Source: Candidatus Pacearchaeota archaeon (lineage in GTDB: Archaea > Nanobdellota > Nanobdellia > Pacearchaeales > GW2011-AR1). Taken from it: a stretch of 37,948 bases of DNA. Shown one piece after another: positions 1 through 9,887 of the stretch (position 1 is the stretch's first letter; the number at the start of each line of letters is the position of its first letter). Position numbers and translations under genes: made by a program. The notes beneath the pieces are model-generated. The model saw nothing but the letters and a program-made list of their open reading frames with translations, was not told the DNA's origin and did no database searches. The DNA lies in assembly GCA_038869535.1 (NCBI GenBank), contig JAWCQY010000003.1:1-37948 (forward strand), written 5' to 3'.

Positions 1-1226
1 ATTGTAATAATTGTTTTTGGAAATTCAATTTTTTCAAGATTGAATTTGTTTTTAAGTTTTGTTTTGAACAATAATAAATCCACAACAATTAAAGAAAACA
101 TGCCTATAGCTAATCCAGAATCGGTTATAGAAAAAAATACATTTGTTATATTTCCTGTAGAAACATTTGCCCTCAAAATTTCTAAGATAATCACTGGAAA
201 AAACCATGATAAATATATCATAAAATTTTTTGCTTTTTCTTTTTCAAATAAAAAAATTAAGAAACTGGCGGATACAATAACAAGATAGATATACTTGTAT
301 CCCCCCCATGTCCATAACATCGCCCCACTAAATAAGCCAGAAAGTAAACCATAACTAATTATTTTTTTGTTGTTTTTTAATTTCGATAAGAAGTTACCTT
401 CTGGGGGGTATTCTTGTTTCCAAGCTAAAGTAAAAAATAAGAATGCAAGACAAAACCAAACCATTCCAAGACTCTCAATTTCAGGGATTCCCGCGACGGT
501 TCGATGTAGCATATCCGGAACAAAAGCATAAAGAAAGCTCGCGATTGTTGCAATAATAAGCGATTTAATTTTTGAAAACTTAAATGAGAAGAGAACATAA
601 ATAAAAAAGAAAAAACAAATTAATGAAATTAAGAAAAAAATGACCGGAGCAATTATTGCCGTGTAGGTCAAAGAAACAGAATCAGAAAACATTGAAAATA
701 ATCTATACATATAAGCTAAAGCAAAAGGCATCATGACCGTGCGCGCATAATTATCTGATCCTAAAGGAGCCCCCCTCATCATATCAGGGTTTTGTAGATT
801 TCCATTTACTATATCCCCCGCGAGTCTTAAATATAAAAAAGGGTCAAGGTCAGGCCCCAAAGTCCAATCTCCAGTTGCAACATTTTTTAAATTATCTATG
901 TTTGAAGTTCTCACAAGTGCAGTAGTAATTAAAAGCCAAATCATAATTGGAATAAACATCAAGTTATATTTTTCATAATAAGCCAGAGTAGTGGAAGAAG
1001 CAAGCATTAATGTTAAAATAATCCACGTATAGGAATTAAACAATTGGGCAATATTATTTATATAATTTAGCCCCAGAGATATATTAAGTAAAGATGATAT
1101 GGTTATCAAAAGTGATATAAAAGTAAATATAGAAAACCATAGAGTAAAATTATTTTTTATGAATATACTTTTAAAAAAGGATAGATTAATATGAATCTCC
1201 TCAGGATTATTTTTTTCACTTTCCAT
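1..1226 (-). CDS. aglB: Oligosaccharyltransferase AglB/STT3, 3'-partial (runs off window start)
   Basis: Not in ORF track. Hand translation from ATG 1226 (MESEKNNPEEIH...) stays open. It contains STT3 motifs LGPDLDPFLYLR and HRTVAGIPEIESLG, WGGY and many TM segments. Confidence 0.88.
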   Translation of the reverse strand, partial: MESEKNNPEEIHINLSFFKSIFIKNNFTLWFSIFTFISLLITISSLLNISLGLNYINNIAQLFNSYTWIILTLMLASSTTLAYYEKYNLMFIPIMIWLLITTALVRTSNIDNLKNVATGDWTLGPDLDPFLYLRLAGDIVNGNLQNPDMMRGAPLGSDNYARTVMMPFALAYMYRLFSMFSDSVSLTYTAIIAPVIFFLISLICFFFFIYVLFSFKFSKIKSLIIATIASFLYAFVPDMLHRTVAGIPEIESLGMVWFCLAFLFFTLAWKQEYPPEGNFLSKLKNNKKIISYGLLSGLFSGAMLWTWGGYKYIYLVIVSASFLIFLFEKEKAKNFMIYLSWFFPVIILEILRANVSTGNITNVFFSITDSGLAIGMFSLIVVDLLLFKTKLKNKFNLEKIEFPKTIIT

Positions 1227-1263
1227 TACCCTAATAAACCGTTTTGACTTAAAAAACTATCTT

Positions 1264-2274
1264 TTAAAAAAAAATAATCCACGCGATTATTATCAAAAAT
1301 AACTGGAAGATATTAATAAGCCAGACAACGTGAGTTTCATAGGCTTTTCCATCTTTTCTTATTTTTTTTAAAATCCAGATGGAGAGATGTTCCAAACCAT
1401 ATATTTTACTATAAGGCATTTCAAGACTTCCATCCTTATTAGGTTTTCCAAAACTTTGTTTCTCTAGTTTTCCTCTAAGTTTCAACCCGGTTTCAAGAAT
1501 ATAAGGAATAAAAACAAAAAACGCTATTTTTTCAAAGTTCCCAAGTATTGCCATTCCAGCGATTAATGCTCCAATCGCCCAGGTTAATGAATCACCAGGA
1601 AAGACTTTTGCAGGATACTTATTAAATATATAAAAACCGATAAGTGCTGTAACCATTATAAGTCCAACAACACTAAGCCATGAATTTCCGGTTATATAAG
1701 CAACAAAAGACAAAAAACCAAGAATGATGATTCCCTGTTTCGTTTCTAATCCGTTATAACCAGCTAAAAAATTATAAGTTGTTGTTGCACCAGCAACCCC
1801 AAGAGGTACAAGAATTAATGGGTATAAAATTCCAAAATCAAAATCCCCCAAAAAAGGCATATTCATAACAGAACTTCCTGCATTTATAACTACAAGAGGT
1901 ATTGAAGCCACAAAAGCAAGCAAAATCCTTGTTCTTTTTGAAAGTCCTTTATTATGCCAACCCAATAAATCATCAATTATTCCAACTAAAGATAAGATAA
2001 GAACAACGCTAAGTAAGGCAAAAATTTCAAGATTTATAGAATTTGGTTCTTTTATCAAAAAGGTTCTGATCGCTATATAATATAAAACACCAACAACAAA
2101 GGCCATTACCACAACAATCCCCCCAGATCCAGCTACATTTTTAGGCTTCCCCCATTTATTCATGTCTTCCCAAATTAATCCTACTTTCTTAGCTTTTCTA
2201 ATCCAGAAAGGAATTGTAATATATGTAAGAAAAAAGCTAATAAAAAAAGATAAAATTAGAAAAATATTCACCAT
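1264..2274 (-). CDS. aglH: UDP-GlcNAc:dolichyl-phosphate GlcNAc-1-P transferase (AglH/GPT, MraY-like family)
   Basis: Motifs DMNK, GIIDD, NFLAGYNGLE, YPAKVFPGD; polytopic; adjacent to aglB. Confidence 0.85.
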   Translation of the reverse strand: MVNIFLILSFFISFFLTYITIPFWIRKAKKVGLIWEDMNKWGKPKNVAGSGGIVVVMAFVVGVLYYIAIRTFLIKEPNSINLEIFALLSVVLILSLVGIIDDLLGWHNKGLSKRTRILLAFVASIPLVVINAGSSVMNMPFLGDFDFGILYPLILVPLGVAGATTTYNFLAGYNGLETKQGIIILGFLSFVAYITGNSWLSVVGLIMVTALIGFYIFNKYPAKVFPGDSLTWAIGALIAGMAILGNFEKIAFFVFIPYILETGLKLRGKLEKQSFGKPNKDGSLEMPYSKIYGLEHLSIWILKKIRKDGKAYETHVVWLINIFQLFLIIIAWIIFF

Positions 2275-2369
2275 TTTCTAACTATGTTTTTATAATTTTT
2301 AAACTTTATAGAAAAGAATTTCATTAATCAATTTTAATATTATTATGTAAATAATAGCATTTTGTTAGA

Positions 2370-3233
2370 TTAACTAAAAAATAAAGGAGTAAAATAAACC
2401 TCTATAATTGCCGCAAATAAAAGAATTATTATTGCTATAAAAAGAAGAATTACAACATTTTCAAGAACATGAAAAAATCTTTTTCCATTTATACCATTTC
2501 TTAAAATACCCACCCCAAAAATTCCTCCAGCTAATGCAGTTATAAAATAAGCAGCAATTTCAGGAAAACCATGAATCATGTATCTTGCAATTCCAAATGG
2601 AATATTTTCTATAGAGTACTTTGTGAAAATTACAATTGCCGCTGAAATAACAGACGCATTCCAAGCAAGAATAAATATAGCTCCAGCTCCAAATATTAAT
2701 GAGAAAAGAAGTGTAAATATCATTACATAAACATTATTTTCTATTATAGAGAGAAGTCTTACCTCTTTTGTTACAGCACCAGTACCAGTGCCTTTTAAAG
2801 ATTCAAAACTATACCCTTTGACACAATTTTTTATATCACCCCCGGAGTTTATTCTACAGTATGTTTCTATTTGTGCATTAAATAGATTAGAATCTTGTAA
2901 AAATATGTACCAAAATGAAAAAGCAACTACAAAACCAAAAAAAAGCCACATAAAAGAATAAATCGCATCTTTATGGATTCTCCAAACTTCCCAAAATCCA
3001 AAAACTTCTTCGTCTTCATACTCTTCTTGTTTTATAACATAAAATATAAACGGAAGGGAAAACATTACGCAAAATAAAACGACAATCATTCCGGCATATT
3101 GTGATAAAACAATATCATTAATAAAAAACCATTTAACAAGTAAAAGAGAAAGGGCAGCATAAACCAAACCAACAAAAAACATTTTCCATGGACCCTTCTC
3201 CATCTTTTTTGGATTAACAATACTTTCGAGCAT
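2370..3233 (-). CDS. SpoIIM/DUF95-family membrane protein
   Basis: IIENN...LAWNASVI...HGFPEIAAYFITALAGG...AAIIEVYFTP signature; polytopic. Confidence 0.75.
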   Translation of the reverse strand: MLESIVNPKKMEKGPWKMFFVGLVYAALSLLLVKWFFINDIVLSQYAGMIVVLFCVMFSLPFIFYVIKQEEYEDEEVFGFWEVWRIHKDAIYSFMWLFFGFVVAFSFWYIFLQDSNLFNAQIETYCRINSGGDIKNCVKGYSFESLKGTGTGAVTKEVRLLSIIENNVYVMIFTLLFSLIFGAGAIFILAWNASVISAAIVIFTKYSIENIPFGIARYMIHGFPEIAAYFITALAGGIFGVGILRNGINGKRFFHVLENVVILLFIAIIILLFAAIIEVYFTPLFFS

Positions 3234-3361
3234 ATATAAAAGAAAAAAATATAATTTTTAAATGTTGATATGTCCAAAATTATTAAATTTAAGTTTTAAC
3301 AAATAATCCATTAGATATATGGTTATTCTTTCATAACAATTTAATAATTAAAAATATCTTA

Positions 3362-4195
3362 TTAAAAATTATATTTTTTAACCTTTTTTATAAAATCATT
3401 ATATTTCATAAATCCAAATTCTGTTACAATTCCTGAAATATATTTCTTAGACACAAATTCAAACGCAGGATTTTTTATTTTTATATTTTTTGGAGCTTTA
3501 TCCCAGATTTCATTTATATGCCTAGATTCAATAGGAATATTTTTTTTTGTAAATTTCCAAGAATCTGCAATGATATAAAATGGAATCTTGTGTAGGCTTG
3601 CTATTTTAGCAATCATCCCACTCCCAATTTTGTTTATAATACCATTTTTAAGAAGCGCATCAGCACCTATAAAAATTTTTTTTGTATGAAAATCTCCTTT
3701 ATTATCTTTATTTTTAAGCATTACTTCAATAGCAGAATCAATAAACATTGTAACCTTTATTCCAGCCCTTTTTAATTCCAATGCCGTCTTTCTTCCTTGA
3801 TAAATGGGTCTTGTTTCAGTATTATAAACTAAAAATTTTTTTCCTTTTTTATGCGCATAAATAAGTGCCTTTAACACATTTGTAGAATGACAATGAGTGA
3901 TTATAATGTCTCCATTTTTTATTATATTTAAAGAATATCTATTTATTTTATCTTGAGCTTCTTCAAAATGTTTTAAAATTTTTTCTCTTGGGATTTTGTC
4001 TGCTAAATTTAGAACACGAAACATCATCGGTTCTGTTGGTCTTGATTTCATAAGAATCTCCTTTGATTTTTTTGATGGAAAGAGATAATAAGCCATTAAT
4101 GCGCTTTTTGCAACGTTACTTGCCCCCTGAATCTTAATTTTTTTTATATCCTCAACAATTTTTTTAAACTTCTCCTTTTTTTTAATTTCTTTCAT
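3362..4195 (-). CDS. Ribose-1,5-bisphosphate isomerase (eIF-2B-like family)
   Basis: IQGA, SRPT, THCHS (catalytic Cys), TETRP..QG, GADA (catalytic Asp), NKIGS, NPAFE. AMP phosphorylase lies in the same window. Confidence 0.82.
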   Translation of the reverse strand: MKEIKKKEKFKKIVEDIKKIKIQGASNVAKSALMAYYLFPSKKSKEILMKSRPTEPMMFRVLNLADKIPREKILKHFEEAQDKINRYSLNIIKNGDIIITHCHSTNVLKALIYAHKKGKKFLVYNTETRPIYQGRKTALELKRAGIKVTMFIDSAIEVMLKNKDNKGDFHTKKIFIGADALLKNGIINKIGSGMIAKIASLHKIPFYIIADSWKFTKKNIPIESRHINEIWDKAPKNIKIKNPAFEFVSKKYISGIVTEFGFMKYNDFIKKVKKYNF

Positions 4196-4242
4196 ATTAT
4201 TTAAAATAAGTATGAATATAAAAAGCTATCAATTTCCAATTT

Positions 4243-4623
4243 TTAAGAAACTATTTTTTTAACTTCACTACTAATCTCTTCAAGTTCACTTTCCAAATTT
4301 TTTTTTATTTCTTCTAAATTTTCAATTTGCTTTTTTATTATTTTTTTGGTTTCTAAAATATTTTTTTTAACAAGACTTTTCCCCCCAACATTAACAATTA
4401 AATCTTCCGAAAGAATCTTTGATCGAATAAAAATTCCCCTTCCTATTTGAGCAAGAATCTCCTTTTCTCTAGAATTTTTAAGCTCATCTAGTCCAAAGTA
4501 AAGCGAATTTAAATCTATAAGATCCTCTTCAATAGTTCTAAGTTGTTGTTGAATAAATTTCGCATGCTGTTCAAACATGCTTAATTTAAACAAAATCTCC
4601 TCATATTCTTTGCTTATTTCCAT
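4243..4623 (-). CDS. pfdA: Prefoldin alpha subunit
   Basis: Two coiled coils flanking a double hairpin EILAQIGRGIFI...LIVNVGG. Confidence 0.88.
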   Translation of the reverse strand: MEISKEYEEILFKLSMFEQHAKFIQQQLRTIEEDLIDLNSLYFGLDELKNSREKEILAQIGRGIFIRSKILSEDLIVNVGGKSLVKKNILETKKIIKKQIENLEEIKKNLESELEEISSEVKKIVS

Positions 4624-4629
4624 TTTACC

Positions 4630-5175
4630 TTAGACAACATCCATTATCTTTCTAAAAATTGAACTGAAAATGATAGAAGCTATAAGATAAAACCAAAACC
4701 AACTAAGGAATCCAAAAAATAGAGGATTACCCTCATTATTAAAAAAATCCGTAAACCATCTAAAAAAAAGTATTAAGGGAATAGCAGTATATATCAAAGG
4801 GCGCATACTTAACTTAAACATTTGCATACTCATCGGAATAATTTTTTTATTAAATTCCATCATTTTTTGTGGATCATCTCTAAATTTTTTTGATTCCTCA
4901 TTAAGTCTTTTTTGCTCTTTTTTAAGCTCTCTTAGTGTTCCTTGATCTGTTCCATATTTTTGCGCGAGAGTCATAATAAGAGACATAATAAAAACAACAA
5001 TTATCATCCCCCAGATTAAATTTAATTTGAGAAGAAACCCTATAGTAGGATCTAAAATAGAGTGTGCAATATTTTTTATAAGAGGAAATTTGTCCCAGAA
5101 AGAAACTATCAATAGGGATAAAAACATCACTAAAAAGACTCCCCTAAAACCTCTTTCTTTTCCTTGTTTATCCAT
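4630..5175 (-). CDS. EMC3/TMCO1 (DUF106, Oxa1 superfamily) membrane insertase
   Basis: TM, coiled coil, Met-rich segment, MRP..T.IP and WFWFY motifs; conserved position downstream of secY. Confidence 0.85.
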   Translation of the reverse strand: MDKQGKERGFRGVFLVMFLSLLIVSFWDKFPLIKNIAHSILDPTIGFLLKLNLIWGMIIVVFIMSLIMTLAQKYGTDQGTLRELKKEQKRLNEESKKFRDDPQKMMEFNKKIIPMSMQMFKLSMRPLIYTAIPLILFFRWFTDFFNNEGNPLFFGFLSWFWFYLIASIIFSSIFRKIMDVV

Positions 5176-5254
5176 TTTTTATTTAAGTGATTCCGAGTTT
5201 TTAAAGTTAGTTAATCCCAATAGATTTATTTAAGCAATTTTAACATCTTTTAAA

Positions 5255-6691
5255 TTAAGCTACAAATTTCCTTACTAATGGATGCATATCCATTTGATGT
5301 TGTTGCGCAATATTTTGATAAAATTGGAACATGATCATTATAACTAGGAGTATGGCAGTTCCAGATACCAAGGCACCGAGAAGATTTGTTATAGAGGCAA
5401 GAAAACCAATAGCCAATCCTCCCATTATTGTCAAAGGCATAATATACCTATCAAGTATACTCTCTAAAATTCTTTCATCCTGCCTAAAACCCGGAACCTG
5501 AAGCCCTCCAGATATAATTTTCTGCGCTTGAGATCTAGAGTCCATTCCAGATGTTTTAACCCAAAAAATAGCAAATAGAGTAGAAAAAAACATAAAAAAT
5601 AGGGTGTGTGTTATACCTTGAATTATATATATAGGCAAAAATCCCCCGCGGATTATTAATTCTGTTAGATTAGTACTTCCTAACCAAAAAGCAAGACCAG
5701 ATATTGGCTGCCCTCCAGAAAAAACTCCAATCCAAGTAAAATAAGAAGCAATTTTTGCTTTTCCCACACATTCAAGTCCAGAAATACAAGGAGCAGCGGC
5801 GTTACTTATTATTCCAGCAAATAATTGAATATTCGCAACAAGAGCAGCGGTAAGAATTACTGGTATAACAGAAGCATAGAAAAATGATAGAGGCCATTTT
5901 ATTCCATAACCCCTTATTCTTCCGAATGAAAGTGGAATTTCAACCTTTAGGCTTTGGGCCCAAACAACAATTAAAAAAATGATTACTGTTATAATAATTG
6001 CTGCTGCAGATGAAATTAGTTCTGTAGGATATTGATTGATTAATGCCTGTATAAAAACTAGAACTTTTCCAGAACAGGGAGTTGTATTAAAGCTAAGAAG
6101 ACAATTTCTTCCTTGTAAGTCAATGAATTGAAAAGCACTTGTTATAAGTCTCCAAGAAACTCCCGCTGCTATGAATAAACTTACTCCAGAACCAAAACCC
6201 CATTTGGTTGTTAGTTCATCCATATAAAAAATAAGAAAACCCCCAAGTATTAATTGTGCTATTAAAATACCAGTAAAACCAGGAGCAGCCTGCAATCCCC
6301 CCATCAATACATAAACAAGTGATTCAAATATTATAAAAAAGAATACCAATAACTTTTGCAATCCTTGGAAAAACTTTTTTCCTTCTTCAGACGTCGTATC
6401 TATATCAATTATTTTTGAACCTGTTAAAAGTTGAAGTATGATAGAAGCCATTACAATTGGTCCTATACCTAAGGATATAATACTCCCAAAATCAGTTCCT
6501 AGTATTATTGCTAAAAATTCGAAATGAGATAAAGCATTTTCAGAGAGTCCAAAAAGGGGTATATTTGCAAGAATAAAAAAAGAGATAAGAACAATAAGCG
6601 TCCATTTTGCCTTTTCATTGAAACTAAGTTTTTTTTCATCAGGCTTTTTTATTTCAGGGATAAGACTAAAAATATTTTTTAATTCCGCCAT
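5255..6691 (-). CDS. secY: Protein translocase subunit SecY
   Basis: LGIGPIVMASIILQLL, KWGFGSGVSLFI, QVPGFR, SGTAILL. Confidence 0.98.
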   Translation of the reverse strand: MAELKNIFSLIPEIKKPDEKKLSFNEKAKWTLIVLISFFILANIPLFGLSENALSHFEFLAIILGTDFGSIISLGIGPIVMASIILQLLTGSKIIDIDTTSEEGKKFFQGLQKLLVFFFIIFESLVYVLMGGLQAAPGFTGILIAQLILGGFLIFYMDELTTKWGFGSGVSLFIAAGVSWRLITSAFQFIDLQGRNCLLSFNTTPCSGKVLVFIQALINQYPTELISSAAAIIITVIIFLIVVWAQSLKVEIPLSFGRIRGYGIKWPLSFFYASVIPVILTAALVANIQLFAGIISNAAAPCISGLECVGKAKIASYFTWIGVFSGGQPISGLAFWLGSTNLTELIIRGGFLPIYIIQGITHTLFFMFFSTLFAIFWVKTSGMDSRSQAQKIISGGLQVPGFRQDERILESILDRYIMPLTIMGGLAIGFLASITNLLGALVSGTAILLVIMIMFQFYQNIAQQHQMDMHPLVRKFVA

Positions 6692-6768
6692 TTTTCTTAA
6701 ATAAAAAATTTATTTTTACAATTTTTATAAACTGTTAATAATTTTATGATTATTTATTTAATTGGAAT

Positions 6769-7281
6769 TTATACTTCTACCAATTCTCTTTTATTTTCGA
6801 TGTTATTTTCCTTTAGAGAGTTCTTCTTATTTTTTTCTAATAAAGAGATTTCCCCCCCAACTTTCTTTATTTTTTCAATTACTGAGGAAGAAGCTTCTTT
6901 TGCTTTTATGATTAATTTATTTTTTATCTCATAATCTTTTTTTCCATCAAGAATTTTGTATTCAGGAAGATTTATTTCCCACCCCTTATCTGTTTTTTTT
7001 CCAAATTTTTCTAGGTTTAGTTCAATATGTTCAATGCTTATCCTTTTTCTTCTATCTTTTTCTGTTTTTTTACTCGTGATTCCTTGTTTACCAAAATATC
7101 CATGTCCATATAAAGCAGTTATAAGAGTTTTTTTGTGGTCAGCTCTTTTTCCGGTTCCAGCCATACCTGCTCCACCGCGATGGCCAGACTTTTTTCTTTT
7201 CTTTCTGGCCCCACCTCCATGTGTTCCACTACCCCTCATCCTTGATACCTTTTTTCTTTTTTTTATTTTTTTTAATGGCAT
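6769..7281 (-). CDS. rpl15: 50S ribosomal protein uL15
   Basis: RGSGTHGGG...GHRGGAGMAG...YFGKQG; operon position. Confidence 0.95.
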   Translation of the reverse strand: MPLKKIKKRKKVSRMRGSGTHGGGARKKRKKSGHRGGAGMAGTGKRADHKKTLITALYGHGYFGKQGITSKKTEKDRRKRISIEHIELNLEKFGKKTDKGWEINLPEYKILDGKKDYEIKNKLIIKAKEASSSVIEKIKKVGGEISLLEKNKKNSLKENNIENKRELVEV

Positions 7282-7282
7282 T

Positions 7283-7699
7283 TTATAACATTCTCTTAAC
7301 TAATTTATCTATTTCTTTTCCGTTATTTCCAAGTACCCCTTTTGGAAAATGCGCCTTGCTTTTTATACCCTTTCGAGGCGGGTGAAGTCTAAAAAACGGT
7401 TTTAGTCCAAGTTCTTCATATTTTTTTCCTTTTTCTATTTCTTCAACTATTTTTTTTACATCCAATTTTTTATTTTTATTAATTAATTGTCCTCTTTTTT
7501 CTATAAGATTTTCAAAAACTTCTTTACTTATTTCACCAAAAGCAACAAAATCTTTTACTTTATAGATCATGCCCAACTGTTCTTTTTTAGGATTTATAAC
7601 AATACAAGAATACTTTTTTCTAAGCCTTAACCTACTAAGTGTTTCTTCTATTTTTTTATCTAATCCAACTCTTCCTCTAATTCTTATAACACAGATCAT
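7283..7699 (-). CDS. rpl30: 50S ribosomal protein uL30
   Basis: VIRIRG...LRL; FRLHPPRKG (archaeal long form). Confidence 0.95.
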   Translation of the reverse strand: MICVIRIRGRVGLDKKIEETLSRLRLRKKYSCIVINPKKEQLGMIYKVKDFVAFGEISKEVFENLIEKRGQLINKNKKLDVKKIVEEIEKGKKYEELGLKPFFRLHPPRKGIKSKAHFPKGVLGNNGKEIDKLVKRML

Positions 7700-7700
7700 T

Positions 7701-8597
7701 TTATTCTTTTTTTAAATTTGTTTTTTTTAATGCGTCAAAACACGCCTTTATAAAATTAAAAGTTGTTTTTCTTTTACCAAATGTTTTTGTATAAATATCC
7801 TTTATTCCAGCAAGCTTTAAAATTTTCTTAAGTTCATTACCGGCTACGAGTCCAGCTCCTTGAGGAGCCGGGATTAAAGTTACTCTAGCACTTCCTTCTT
7901 TTCCCATAACTTTAAAAGGTAATGTATGTAATTCTGAACAAAGGCAATCAAAGCTAGAACACCCCCTTTTTATTTTTATAATGTTCAATTTAGCATTTCT
8001 TATTGCTTTGTCTCTTGCAGGAAGTGTTTCTTTAGCTTTTCCCACACCTATTCCAACATGTCCATTTTCATCGCCAACTATTGCCATTGCAGAAAAAACA
8101 GGAACATTCCCCTCTTTTGTTTTCTTTTGAGTCTGTCTCCATATCCTTCTTTTTCCACCACCAAATTTTCCTTTAGATTGCCCAATAGAAACTAATTCTA
8201 TTTTAATATCCAAGAGCGAATCAACTATTTGTTCTTCAAGAATTTTTTTACCTGAATCAAGAATTTCATCAATATTCTTTATTTTTCCATTTTTAACATC
8301 CCTTCCCAACTTTGTTTTAGGCTCCCATGCAGAAAGAATTTGTTCTTTTTGTGTTAATGGGATTAATTCTTTTTCTTCAGGATATTCTTCCAAATCTTCT
8401 TTTTCTAAAATTTCTATTTTTTCTAATTTTTCTTTTTCTTCAGAGGCAATTTCTTTTTTAATTTCTTCATCTAACATTTCTTCTGTGACTTTTTTTACAT
8501 CCTTTGCTTTCTTTTCAATATCTTCTTCTGAGTATGATTTATACGCTTCTATAGTTTTTTTGATATCTTCAAAATCCTTATTTTTTTTATTTTTCAT
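7701..8597 (-). CDS. rps5: 30S ribosomal protein uS5 with long acidic N-terminal extension
   Basis: WEPKTKLGR, VGDENGHVGIG, LIPAPQGAGLV. Confidence 0.96.
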   Translation of the reverse strand: MKNKKNKDFEDIKKTIEAYKSYSEEDIEKKAKDVKKVTEEMLDEEIKKEIASEEKEKLEKIEILEKEDLEEYPEEKELIPLTQKEQILSAWEPKTKLGRDVKNGKIKNIDEILDSGKKILEEQIVDSLLDIKIELVSIGQSKGKFGGGKRRIWRQTQKKTKEGNVPVFSAMAIVGDENGHVGIGVGKAKETLPARDKAIRNAKLNIIKIKRGCSSFDCLCSELHTLPFKVMGKEGSARVTLIPAPQGAGLVAGNELKKILKLAGIKDIYTKTFGKRKTTFNFIKACFDALKKTNLKKE

Positions 8598-8599
8598 TT

Positions 8600-9097
8600 T
8601 TATTCTTTTTGTATTTTTGATTTAATCTCTAAAAAAATTTTGGAAAAATCTCTTTTTAAATGTCTTCCAGAAATTCTAAATTCATCAGGAAAAAATTTTT
8701 CATCGCATTTTACATTGACTCCGGAATCTTTTAATCCTTTCAAGAAAGCAAAAAATCTATTTTTAGGTATAATTCTATTCATCCCAGCATCAACAATAGG
8801 TGAACTTTCCTTTTCTTTACTTATTTTTTTTCCAATAATAAATCCAGTAAGATATGCAGCTGGTAAAGATTTTAAACTTCCTTGAAATTCCTTGGGCCAT
8901 CCGTACTTTAAGAGTTCTCTTGAATTAAAACTTTTTTTTATGATATCTTGGGCTTCTTTACTCAAAACATATTGACAAATAATATATCTATTTGTTTTTC
9001 TAAAAATTATCCGAGGAGACTGGCTTTTAAGTAAATTTATTCTTTTTGAATAATCTGTTTTTTTTTCTCGTCTTCTTCTTTTTTGTGTTTTTTTCAT
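8600..9097 (-). CDS. rpl18: 50S ribosomal protein uL18
   Basis: RRRREKKTDY..R..LL; PAAYLTG. Confidence 0.96.
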   Translation of the reverse strand: MKKTQKRRRREKKTDYSKRINLLKSQSPRIIFRKTNRYIICQYVLSKEAQDIIKKSFNSRELLKYGWPKEFQGSLKSLPAAYLTGFIIGKKISKEKESSPIVDAGMNRIIPKNRFFAFLKGLKDSGVNVKCDEKFFPDEFRISGRHLKRDFSKIFLEIKSKIQKE

Positions 9098-9501
9098 ACT
9101 TTTATTCCCTCTATATACTCTTTAAGCTGAGCTTTACTTTTAAATTCCTTGTTTCTTATTTTTTTTCTCAATTTTTTAATATCTTCTTTAGATATTTTCC
9201 CCTCTCTTTTTAGATTAGAAAGATATTTTCTAAGTTTTCTTACAAGCAGAACATATCTTCTTTTTCTATCTTTGATTTTTTTTCTGATTTTTCCAACACC
9301 TTTTTTCTTATGTTTTTTTATTACCTTTCTTCTACCCTTTACACTTTTAATTATTATAGCACCATCCTTATACAAATCCCTTATATCTTGCTTTGTGATA
9401 GCTTCTTTTATGTCGTTCAATCTTGATTCTAAAAATATTATCCTATCCTTCCCTACACCAAAAGTTTTCTTAACTAATTCCTTTTTTTTTCTAAGGTTCA
9501 T
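9094..9501 (-). CDS. rpl19e: 50S ribosomal protein eL19
   Basis: GVGKDRI...AITKQDIRDL..DG.I; operon position. Confidence 0.93.
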   Translation of the reverse strand: MNLRKKKELVKKTFGVGKDRIIFLESRLNDIKEAITKQDIRDLYKDGAIIIKSVKGRRKVIKKHKKKGVGKIRKKIKDRKRRYVLLVRKLRKYLSNLKREGKISKEDIKKLRKKIRNKEFKSKAQLKEYIEGIKV

Positions 9502-9887
9502 TTTACCGCAGTTATTTTATTCTCTTTATTACCTTCATTAACCTCAAATTTTTTCAAGAATTTTTTTATGTTGATATTTTGAAATTTGATCCCTTTTTCT
9601 AGGGCTCTATTCAATATTTCTATTTTTTTCTTTTTCCCAAGTTTACCCAAAACAATAAATTCTCCTTTTTGTATATTTTTTAAATCATCTAAATTATAAA
9701 CAACTTTAATTTTTTTTCTTTCAGAATGTCCTCCTTTATAGCCTATGCTTACTGTTTTTGGATATCCCCTTCTTTTTTCTCTCATTTTGTTATCCCTTCC
9801 TTTAGGTTTTCTCCATTTCTGTTTTTTCTTTCTACCTTTTCCAAGTTTGGAGTATCTATTCCAGGTTCTTCTCAAAAATTTTGTCAT
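9498..9887 (-). CDS. rpl32e: 50S ribosomal protein eL32
   Basis: WRKPKGRDNKMR...SIGY. Confidence 0.95.
   Translation of the reverse strand: MTKFLRRTWNRYSKLGKGRKKKQKWRKPKGRDNKMREKRRGYPKTVSIGYKGGHSERKKIKVVYNLDDLKNIQKGEFIVLGKLGKKKKIEILNRALEKGIKFQNINIKKFLKKFEVNEGNKENKITAVK

Noticed and set aside
40-288. 82-aa plus-strand ORF
   Set aside because: It is antisense to the aglB reading frame.
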